Assembly (NCBI GenBank): GCA_951406725.2
Contig: OX597814.1
Span: 184,822,001 to 184,886,000, forward strand
DNA: 64,000 nucleotides
DNA from: Octopus vulgaris
Taxonomy: Eukaryota
Reading direction: 5' to 3'
In this document: positions 1 through 10,113 of the stretch, in pieces
Layout: each line of letters opens with the position of its first letter
Numbering within the stretch: the stretch's first letter is position 1
Program-made: the position numbers and the translations under genes
Notes under the pieces: generated by a model
What the model saw: only the letters and a program-made list of their open reading frames with translations
Database searches by the model: none
Told to the model about the DNA's origin: nothing

Positions 1-32
1 CATACATACATATTGCATATTCATATATATAT

Positions 33-260
33 ATTTCTTTACTACACACAAGGGGCTAAACACAGAGAGGACAAACAAGGACAGACAAACGGATTAAGTC
101 GATTACATCGACCCCAGTGCGTAACTGGTACTTAAATTATCGACCCCGAAAGGATGAAAGGCAAAGTCGACCTCGGCGGAATTTGAACTCAGAACGTAAC
201 GGCAGACGAAATACTGCTAAGCATTTCGCCCGGCGTGCTAACGTTTCTGCCAGCTCGCCG
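33..260 (-). mobile_element. tRNA-derived SINE, family A
   Basis: Reverse complement of the recurrent unit GGCGGCGAGCTGGCAGAAACGTTAGCACGCC...GAGTTCAAATTCC (B-box-like)...GCCTTTCATCCTTTCGGGGTCGAT...AGCCCCTTGTG; more than 20 copies in the window. Confidence 0.85.
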
Positions 261-465
261 TGATTATTCATATATATAACATATACTTGCATATACATAA
301 ACATATCTATTTGCATATAATATGCACGAAACCGCGATTTTTTTCTAATTCTTTCTGTTTGTGCTTTTGAGACATAGAAGTAGAAACCAAAGTTTTTTTA
401 GTATTTGGTAACGAACATGGGAAAATCAAACCCTGATGTATGTATACAGCCACAGTTAGGGTTAG

Positions 466-737
466 AGGCAGCGGTGGTAGTGATGCTGGTGATGGTGGTG
501 GTGGTGGTGGTGGTGGGAAGAACCCCACCCTTCCACCTTGTCGATGAGGTAGTACGATTTTGGGAGGCTTTTTGTACGTAGCCATTATTATGGGCAATAC
601 GGTGTGTTGTGTGTTTGTTTGTTGTACGCAGTGAGATGTCATATGGTGTAGTGAAACGAGAGGAAATAATGGTGGCGACGGCGGTGGTAGTGGTGGTGGA
701 TGGCAATGGTGGTGATGCTGGCGGTGGTGGTGGTGGT

Positions 738-769
<32 letters not shown>

Positions 770-968
770 TGGTGGTGGTGGTGGTGGTGGCGGCGGCGGC
801 GGTGGTGGTGGCGGTGGTAGCGGCGCTTGTGGTGGGGGTGCTGGTGGTTGTGGTGGTGGTGTTGATGTTGGTGGTGGGGTAGTGGTGGCAGTGGTGGTAG
901 TGTTGGTGGTGGTGCTGGTGATGGAGGCGGTGGTGGTGGCGGCGGCGATGGTGGTGATGTTGTTGTTG

Positions 969-999
<31 letters not shown>

Positions 1000-1075
1000 G
1001 GTGGTGGTGGCGGAGGCGGCAGCAGTGGAGGCGGCGACGGCAATTTCGGTGCTAGTAGTGGTGGTGACGGTGTTA
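466..1075. repeat. Compound (GGT)n/(GGC)n/(GTT)n trinucleotide microsatellite region
   Basis: Direct reading; explains the poly-G/P/H/V ORFs. Confidence 0.9.
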
Positions 1076-1504
1076 TTATTGGAAGTGGAGGCTAGGGTTG
1101 TCATCCTTGAATTATGCCAGTCCTCTGAATTGACATCAACTACACCGTTAGAAACTTGATATTGGCTCGACAGCAATTAAACCAATGATTAAAACAGCAG
1201 AAGCGGTAATGAGGGGAGGGTAAGAGAGTAATGTGCGTCTATTGGGTGGAGGAGAGGCAGTGAGGGCGGAGATGGCGTTGGAAGTGGAATAACTGTTGTC
1301 ATTGTCGCTGATGTCGTTCTGGTTATATTATAATCTCTACTACTGTTAATATTACAAAGTATTGAACGCATATATTCATGTGTGTGTGTGTGCGCGTGTG
1401 TATGCGTGCGTGTTTGCATGCATGTGTGTGTGTGTTCACGCATGAATGTATTCCCGCATACACTTACATATGCGTATATATATATATATCGCCATTATGA
1501 TTCG

Positions 1505-1700
1505 CTAGCTTCTGCACGCCTTTTTTTTTTCTCTCCTTGTTTCTCTCCATGTTTCTTTTCTGTGTATCTTTCTGTTGAAGAGCGTAGGCTCGAAACGTAA
1601 AAGACTTGTTTTATTTATATTCCTGAGCGCCATACTAATACAATTGTTTGTTTGTATTCCACCCGCCTTCGTCTTTTGTTTATTTTCATAAAGCTCCCCG

Positions 1701-1701
<1 letters not shown>
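1505..1701 (+). mobile_element. Short ORF-less interspersed element carrying a minimal hammerhead motif (Penelope pLTR-like)
   Basis: Second copy in opposite orientation at 8676-8867; ends in (TA)n; contains the HHR motif at 1567-1604. Confidence 0.65.
1567..1604 (+). ncRNA. Minimal type I hammerhead ribozyme motif (variant core)
   Basis: TCTTT CTGTTGA A GAGC-GTAG-GCTC GAAA CGTA AAAGA: stem I TCTTT/AAAGA, stem II GAGC/GCTC, palindromic ACGT stem III, GUA cleavage triplet; core CUGUUGA deviates from CUGANGA. Confidence 0.6.
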
Positions 1702-1736
<35 letters not shown>

Positions 1737-1883
1737 GCACACAGACAGACATACTTAAATACATGCACACATACATAATTAGGTATATATATATAGAGAG
1801 AGAGACATGTGCATGCACACATATAAAGGTATACATATATACATATATGAATATACGTAAATGCATATATACATATATATATA

Positions 1884-2064
1884 GTGTGCGATGTTCTTTC
1901 TCTGTCTTCTCTTCTTTGGCCTTTTTCCATATTTCTGATGAAGAGCTCTGCTCGAAACGTGAAATCCTCATTCTTTTCTTTCCTTTCCTGAGCGTCCAAT
2001 AACACTATACTTGTTCCATGTACTCACGTTGTTGTGCTTTCTCTTTGTTCATGTTTTGATTAAC
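1884..2064 (+). mobile_element. Related short hammerhead-motif element (second subfamily)
   Basis: Flanked by (TA)n; ATTT CTGATGA A GAGC-TCT-GCTC GAAA CGTG AAAT at 1931-1965; shares the downstream TTCCTGAGCG motif with the 1505 element. Confidence 0.6.
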
Positions 2065-2079
2065 TATATATATATATAT

Positions 2080-2472
2080 AGGCGCAGGAGTGGCTGTGTG
2101 GTAAGTAGCTTGCTTACCAACCACATGGTTCCGGGTTCAGTCCCACTGCGTGGCATCTTGGGCAAGTGTCTTCTGCTATAGCCCCGGGCCGACCAATGCC
2201 TTGTGAGTGGATTTGGTAGACGGAAACTGAGAGAAGTCTGTCGTATATATGTATATATATGTGTGTGTTTTTGTGTGTCTGTGTTTGTCCCCCTAGCATT
2301 GCTTGACAACCGATGCTGGTGTATTTACGTCCCGTAACATAGCGGTTCGGCAAAAGAGACCAATAGAATAAGTACTGGGCATACAAAGAATACGTCCCGG
2401 GGTCGATTTGCTCGACTAAAGGCGGTGCTCCAGCATGGCCGCAGTCAAATGACTGAAACAAGTAAAAGAGAG
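2080..2472 (+). mobile_element. tRNA-derived SINE, family B (full length)
   Basis: Head GGCGCAGGAGTGGCTGTGTGGTAAG...GGTTCAGTCCC, CORE-like CTTGGGCAAGTGTCTT, internal (TA)/(TG) tract, LINE-like tail GGCGGTGCTCCAGCATGGCCGCAGTCAAATGACTGAAAC then GTAAAAGA. Confidence 0.85.
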
Positions 2473-3107
2473 TATATATATTTATATATATATATATATA
2501 TATATATACATTCATATATGTGGTGGGGGATAGGAAAAAGGGAGGCACTTTAACGCATTTAGTGGGTGTTACATACATTGTTACTTAAAACAGGATGATA
2601 CAGCCCCATGCAACTTAAAGTTTCGTAGAGATTTACAGAAAAGTTAACTCGAACCTAACGAGAAAGGTTTCTGTAAGGGGCCTACATGGGGTCGGATCAA
2701 GCAGTTTTATGTAGTAATGATAATAACTAGGGCACTCAGAGAGCGCAAACCTCCGCCAAGGTAGCACCAATGTGCTCTCAGCGTTTAGCCGGTGATGATT
2801 TTTAAAATGAGAATATCTGAAATAAACTCGACTGCTCTCACAAACGAGAACACTAAAAATGAACCCGACCGCTCTGAAAAATTAAGTAAAAAAATAATAA
2901 TAATAATAATCTAGAATCTTTGTCTGGTACTGGGTCGATCCCCAAATCCTTAGAAATCCTGGGTAAATTTCCAATTTACCCCCACCCATACCTACTATTC
3001 AATTGCAATATTGCCATGCAATAGCAAGCACTTAGTTAACAATACGTTGGTACACATCCACTGGTATATTGGATATGTAATATCCCTTAAATTGGTTCTT
3101 AACCTCT

Positions 3108-3128
3108 AACACACACACACACACACAT

Positions 3129-3197
<69 letters not shown>

Positions 3198-3222
3198 AAG
3201 ATAGACAGACAGAAAGATAGAC

Positions 3223-3292
<70 letters not shown>
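3108..3292. repeat. (CA)n + (GATA)n/(GACA)n microsatellite
   Basis: Direct reading. Confidence 0.95.
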
Positions 3293-3293
<1 letters not shown>

Positions 3294-4057
3294 GTAGCGG
3301 TAGCTAGATAGCTGAACGATCGCCCTTGCAAGAAAGATTATAGAGTAACATCCCTTTCTAAGTTTCTCGAAGCATCTATTTCATGAGACGTGTTTTTTAA
3401 TTATTCAAGAAGCTTAGCGTTTCTCTGGAAGTTTCTAGAATGTCTAGTGTTCCATTGATAAAAACAGCTTGCTAACCCTGCTCTTTACTTCATAGTCGAT
3501 TAGATTTAGACCATTCACGTCATTGCTATGTCCGTCTATTTCTCAACGCCACATGACTGACAATCCCCACTTAACTGTTATTTCTATATTTCCTATCTCT
3601 GAAATTTCTTGCATAGATTACTTCATTCTGCTAGATTCTACATTCTGATTATGTATCATCATCGACCAGTAAATAAATATATTTTTATGAAGTAAATATA
3701 TAGGTTTTGAATTTATTCTTTCATCTCTATATGAACTTTTGTAATAACATACACGCAGCCACAGCAACACATTGTTCTAACTATATAGTTCCACTACACT
3801 AGCTAGCTAGCTAGATAGATTGATATGTGATCTGACTGAATCGTTATATATGTGTGTGTGTGCGTGAGTGTATAAATATATATATATATATATATACATG
3901 TATACATACTTACACACAACCACATAGACATATGATAATGTACAGATGTTTAGTTACTGCTGTGGAATCGAGCACGGAACCTCATGTTTGCGAAGAGAAC
4001 GTCTTTACTTCTGTGCAATACTGCACCTAATTACACACATATCCAAGTATGCATATT

Positions 4058-4100
<43 letters not shown>

Positions 4101-4869
4101 GCATGCATGTGTGTGCATGTGTGTGTGTTCGTTTGTACATACATTTGCGCATACATACGCTACAAAATTACTCAGTTTTCGTCAGCCAAATTCGTCTTAC
4201 AAAGTGTTGCTTCTCTCTTTTGTTGAAGACTTGCTCAAGCTACAAATCATTGAACTCAGAACTCTAAGGCTGCAAAAGAAATTTGCTAACCCTACAATCA
4301 TATATATATATATACACATATACACACTAAATACTAATCCCACCGGAGGTCCGACACTGCCTTCTATATGTCATATATTCTTAATATTTCCCTATTTCCA
4401 GTATCATCAAATTCTTTTTAAACACGTATCTCTGCTAACCCAGACACATAAATTCTTTTCTATTTCCATGCATGTGGTGAGTGAACCCCGAGGTCAGTAG
4501 AGCTCCGGGTTAAAACGATTTGCAGCCTTTTACCACATCCGAGGTCGATGAATTAAGTGCCTGACGCATTATGGGGCCTATATATATCGAACTAGTTCTT
4601 CATACTAACAATTTCCAACCATTGTACCATATGTGAGAAGGCAATATTTACATATTTCATTTTTTTTTTTTTTTGTATTTCTCGGTAAATCTTATTCAAA
4701 TTTTATTTTTATTTTTTCATTTGTGTTCCAGTTTTCTGCAAGAAAAAAAAAAAAAGACAGAATTTGAAATATATTCTGTATATATTTAGGGAAATACTTT
4801 TTTATATGATTTCTTTTTATATATTATTTGGCTTTCCACTTGTTTTGTCTTCCTTTCGGATTTTTATTC

Positions 4870-4870
<1 letters not shown>

Positions 4871-4923
<53 letters not shown>

Positions 4924-5155
4924 GTTGTTGTTGTTGTTGTTGTTGCTGTTGTTGTTGATGTTGTTATTTTCTTTTTTGTTTTTCGTTTTTGTTCTCCGGT
5001 GCTTCCTCACAACCCACCACGACCCACCACCTCACACATCTGGCTTCTCTTTGATATGCTAAAAATGCCCAGTCGCGGGATTGATGAGATATGGAAACTG
5101 TTGGGGGGGTGATGATGACGATGATGATGATGACGATGAAGACGACGACGACGAC

Positions 5156-5189
<34 letters not shown>

Positions 5190-5220
5190 GTATTGGTGGC
5201 GGTGGCGGTGGTGGTAGTTG
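4871..5220. repeat. (ATT)n/(GTT)n and (GAT)n/(GAC)n microsatellites
   Basis: Direct reading. Confidence 0.9.
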
Positions 5221-5642
5221 TAATGGAGGTTGACGGAGCAGTAGTAGTAGTGCAGGGTGTGGTAGGGTGAGAAAATGTCGGATTTAAAGGAAAGGAAAGA
5301 CCAAGCTAATTTATATGTTAGTCCTTATTACATATATTTCCATTTCAGAAAAACCATATGCTAGTGCTACCATTACCGCTGCCACCACCACCAGCACCGC
5401 CGCCACCGCCGCCACCATCGCCATCGCCGCTGCTCCTGCTGCTGCCGTGACCGCGCTGCAGCATAGAGGAAATATATATTTTTTTTATGTAAATTGTACA
5501 GGAACATAAATGATGGGCTATAAGGGTTCTGATGGGGGTTTTGCACAGAATACGATTATTTGTTTCGTTGATTTTTGGTTGGTATTTTTAGCCATTTTTA
5601 TTCTATACTTTAAAAATACTTATCATGTTATAACTCTCTTTA

Positions 5643-5645
<3 letters not shown>

Positions 5646-5683
<38 letters not shown>

Positions 5684-5801
5684 CGTGTGTACTTGCGTGT
5701 ATGTGTGGACTTACATATGTATACGTATATACATATTTATATATGTTTATGTACCTACGTATATGTATGAAAGATGTGTGTATATATATATGTGTGTGTG
5801 T

Positions 5802-5847
<46 letters not shown>

Positions 5848-6318
5848 GCATAAAAACATATGACTACATATATTCAAGCGGTTTATATATATAAATTTAT
5901 ATACATACATACATACATACATACATACATACATACATACCTATATATATATATATATACATATATAAATATAAATAGATCTATAAGCCTATATATAGAT
6001 ATAACTATATATATGTATATATCTGTGTATATATATATATATATATACACACATACATACACACACATATATATAAATACATACACAAAATCATGTCATT
6101 ACTAAATATATTCAAGTGTCTATATATCTATGCATATGAATAATATATATATGCAAGGCTATATATAGATATAACAATATATATGTATATATGTATATAT
6201 ATGCATATTATATACATATATATATATTTAAATAGATGTCTGAAGATTTTAAATTGCTATTAATCAAATTAATATTCAATTTTTCACCCTTATTATTTTA
6301 AGTTTTTAAATAGATAGA

Positions 6319-6353
<35 letters not shown>

Positions 6354-6516
6354 ATAGATAGATATAACGGAGTATAATGTATATATATATATATATATAT
6401 ATATTATAGAGTATAATAGTTATAGACATATATATATTTTTATATATATAATATACATATATATGTATTATGTATGTGTGTATGTATGTATGCATGTGTA
6501 TATATATGTATGTATG

Positions 6517-6576
<60 letters not shown>

Positions 6577-6633
6577 TATGTATGTATGTATGTATGTATG
6601 TATGTATGTATGTATGTATGTATGTATGTATAT
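5646..6633. repeat. Mosaic (TG)n/(TA)n/(TACA)n/(TAAA)n low-complexity block
   Basis: Direct reading. Confidence 0.9.
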
Positions 6634-7720
6634 ATTCTTTTATTCGTTTCAGCATGCGGTTACGGTTAAGCTGTAGCAACACAGTGATTTTATAATTTTC
6701 CTTATCTTTCCTCTTTGGCTAATTTCTTGTTTACACAGGGTAATAGAGATGTCGGTCCTGAATATTGTTAGGGTAAGGGCCCATCGAAGTTTCGCTTCCT
6801 CTTCCGGTTCTCCTACAATTTCTTTAATTACGTACTTCCGAGGAAGTATGGGTGCCACTAAAGAAATCCATTTCGAGTATTGTTTCCGCATACTTTTCGC
6901 ATTTATATGCTTTCCAAAAGTATTGGTTCTTATGTTAAGAGATTTTTTTCAATGGTTGCCACATTTCTTTTCTTTTTCGGTGTGTTTCATTTTCCAGATT
7001 TCTTCCGCTTATTTCAGACTAGCAGCATAGCCCAGCGTTGCCCGGGTATATAAGAGCCCCTAGTAGGCAACGACTAATCCCAATCTAGTCCTTTCCCTCT
7101 AGGGAACGAAGGCGCATGTGTAGGTTGCAATGTCTTCCCTTCACTCGAATACTTCTGTGTATACGATGTTCCTAGCTGTCCCTTTGGGTGATAAAAAGGT
7201 CGAGTTGTGTCCCCTAGACAGAAAATGTGTTGCATATAAAAAGCTTAGATTCTCGACTCCATATCGAATTTATCAATTTTTCCAGAACTGGGGGAAGTTA
7301 TTCAAACTTTTCGCTGCGTTAGTTTTGAATTATGACATTGGGCTATGTATGTGTCAAGTTTCATCAGAATCGGTTGAAAGCTGTGGTCAGGGTGAGGGTA
7401 CAACCTGACAGACACACTGACACACAGACAGACAAACTGCCGATTATATATAGAGAGATATCCAGGGCGGTTGTGGTAGGTTTTCTCTTGTAGACTTTAT
7501 AATTGCTGGTATAATTTCAGCTAGATTCTTCATTTCGTTGTTTATATGTTCATTGATAAATTTTCTATTTCTTTTAAGATAGATGACTGTGTGTCCATCA
7601 TTGTGATGTGGGTTGATAGTTTCGATGAAATTTCCATTAGAATTTTTTCTGATTCTGTAAATTTTGTTTGTTGCTTTCCAGACATGTTGGCTTATACACA
7701 ATAGAAATCTATATATACAC
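6634..7720 (-). mobile_element. Decayed 3' end of a non-LTR element, interrupted by a Helitron-like insertion
   Basis: Minus strand ends TGTTGCTACAGCTTAACCGTAACCGCATGCTGAAACGAATAAAAGAATA, similar to the SINE B/LINE tail; ORF-like Lys/Ile-rich remnants on both sides of the 7019-7458 insertion. Confidence 0.4.
7019..7458 (-). mobile_element. Non-autonomous Helitron-like element
   Basis: Minus strand starts TC (7458), ends CTAG (7019), sits in an A|T site; subterminal imperfect hairpin CCCGGGCAACGCTGGG; (GTCT)-type tract near the 5' end; CCGATTCTGATGAAACTT-type internal motif. Confidence 0.65.
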
Positions 7721-7739
7721 AAAGGGGTTTATGTGATTT

Positions 7740-7964
7740 TCTTTTCTTTTACTCTTTTACTTGTTTCAGTCATTTGACTGCGGCCATGCTAGAGCACCGC
7801 CTTTTAGTCGAGCGAATCGACCCCGGGACTTATTCTTTGTAAGCCCAGTACTTATTCTATCGGTCTCTTTTTGCCGAACCGCTAAGTGAGGCGGACGTAA
7901 ACACATCAGCATCGGTTATCAAGCAATGCTAGAGGGTCAAACACAGACACACAAACACACACAT

Positions 7965-8045
<81 letters not shown>

Positions 8046-8202
8046 GACAGGCTTCTTTCAGTTTCCGTCTAACCAAATCCACTCACAAGGCATTGGTCGG
8101 CCCGGGGCTATAGCAGAAGACACTTGCCCAAGATGCCACGCAGTGGACTGAACCCGGAACCATGTGGTTAGTTAGTAAGCTACTTACCACACAGCCACTC
8201 CT
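7740..8202 (-). mobile_element. SINE family B (full length)
   Basis: Reverse complement of 2080-2472 with an expanded internal microsatellite. Confidence 0.85.
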
Positions 8203-8643
8203 GATTGTATATAGAAGAATATATTACTCAAAGTAATTCCAACTCTGTCTGCATTTCACGTTTATTTATAAACTAATATTAAAATAAGATATAAAATAAT
8301 ATAGTAACAAGAAATGAAATGAAGTAGTAAATGTCTATTCTTATTGAACAAATGAAATATTAAATGTCCATTCTCATTGAACCAGTATACTTTCTTGCAT
8401 TTATGCAAGCTTCAGGTTCATTGTTGGTGGTGACAGTTGTGATCATTGGTTTCAACTGTGGTTGACTGGTTAAACTGTGTCCTTTTATACATTGCCGTGG
8501 GGAGAAATAGTAGTTGCTTGGAACAGACGCTGGTGAAAGTTTTGAATGTGTTTTCGGAGATGTGGATTCCTAAATTAAGTAACAAAATTAATAATCAATT
8601 AAATGAATTAAATAAACTAGTAAATTAATGTCGGCCTGACATA

Positions 8644-8675
<32 letters not shown>

Positions 8676-8677
<2 letters not shown>

Positions 8678-8867
8678 GGAAAGTTTACGAAAATAAACAA
8701 AAAACGAAGGCAGGTGGTGTACAAACAAACAAATGTATTAGTATAGCGCTCAGGAATAGAAAAAGTCTTTTACGTTTCGAGCCTACGCTTTTCCACAGAA
8801 AGATACACAAAAAAAAAAAAACAAGGAGAGACACAAGGAGAGAAAAAATGCGTGTAGTAGCTAACGA
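8676..8867 (-). mobile_element. Second copy of the hammerhead-motif element at 1505-1701
   Basis: Reverse-complement similarity over about 190 bp; minus strand TCTTT CTGTGGA AAAGC GTAG GCTC GAAA CGTA AAAGA at 8766-8803; (TA)n on both sides. Confidence 0.65.
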
Positions 8868-9077
8868 TATATATATATATATTTATATATATATATATAT
8901 ATATATATAAGCGGGACCAGCCATCTGAATGTGGCTAGGGACAGGGCGGGGTGGTGGGGGTGTTACTGATGCATTTAGCCCCAGGCGACTATAGACGTCA
9001 CCAGGAGAGCCGACACCATCACGGTGTCCTTGCTAGCCTGTAAAGGGAGATCAGCCTCCCCGAAGATACGGATGCTA

Positions 9078-9120
9078 CACACGGACTGGTTTCGAGGTGG
9101 TCGCCTCTCGTCAGCGCATG
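9078..9120 (-). ncRNA. Minimal type I hammerhead ribozyme
   Basis: Minus strand CATGCG CTGACGA GAGG-CGACCA-CCTC GAAA CCA GTC CGTGTG: canonical CUGANGA/GAAA core, GUC triplet, stem I with G-U pairs. Confidence 0.8.
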
Positions 9121-9436
9121 GCAAGCACCGTTCTTCGTTGAGGGACTTCCTCCACAGGCTAGAATATATAGATTTTCACTGTAAACACAGTCACTGGCGT
9201 CGAAAATCTGTTCGATAACAATAATAAATCTCTAAGCGAGGTATAAACAGTAACTGCTCTGTAATATAAGCGGGACCAGCCATCTGAATGTGGCTAGGGA
9301 CAGGGCGGGGTGGTGGGGGTGTTACTGATGCATTTAGCCCCAGGCGACTATAGACGTCACCAGGAGAGCCGACACCATCACGGTGTCCTTGCTAGCCTGT
9401 AAAGGGAGATCAGCCTCCCCGAAGATACGGATACTA

Positions 9437-9479
9437 CACACGGACCGGTTTCGAGGTGGTCGCCTCTCGTCAGCGCATG
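9437..9479 (-). ncRNA. Minimal type I hammerhead ribozyme with palindromic stem III
   Basis: Minus strand CATGCG CTGACGA GAGG-CGACCA-CCTC GAAA CCG GTC CGTGTG; ACCGGT palindrome. Confidence 0.85.
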
Positions 9480-9874
9480 GCAAGGGGTGGTGGGGGTGTT
9501 ACTGATGCATTTAGCCCCAGGCGACGAGAGGCGACCACCTCGAAATTGGTCCGTGTGTAGCATCCGTATCTTCGGGGAGGCTGATCTCCCTTTACAGGCT
9601 AGCAAGGACACCGTGATGGTGTCGGCTCTCCTGGTGACGTCTATAGTCGCCTGGGGCTAAATGCATCAGTAACACCCCCACCACCCCGCCCTGTCCCTAG
9701 CCACATTCAGATGGCTGGTCCCGCTTATATTACAGAGCAGTTACTGTTTATACCTCGCTTAGAGATTTATTATTGTTATATATATATAATTATATATATA
9801 TATATAAAGAATTAAAGTTAACGCTATACCACTTTGTAATAGTCCTTATTTATTATTATTGTTGATACACACAC

Positions 9875-9907
<33 letters not shown>

Positions 9908-10035
9908 GACAAACGAAAGTTCTTTATCACTATGTCACTTCGCTTTCTTATTACCACGCTATATTCAACAAACGCTTCGCTCTGAAACATATGTATATAT
10001 ATTGAGTTCTACACCGGGTTATTCATCTCGCAATG

Positions 10036-10113
<78 letters not shown>

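Larger units (their letters stand above)
8906..9779 (-). mobile_element. ORF-less retrozyme/Penelope-like element: 359-bp partial tandem repeat plus inverted copy
   Basis: GCGGGACCAG recurs at 8911 and 9270 (period 359); 9215-9471 is inverted at 9523-9779; two HHRs; GC-rich, flanked by (TA)n. Confidence 0.8.

Noticed and set aside
307-1176. 289-aa Pro/His/Thr-rich ORF
   Set aside because: Stop-free only because of trinucleotide microsatellites; overlapping ORFs in several frames on both strands; no domain.
9521-9557. Third hammerhead on the plus strand in the inverted arm
   Set aside because: The core is truncated by the junction (GCGACGA instead of CTGACGA), the 5' strand of stem I is missing, and stem III is mutated (GAAATTGGTC).
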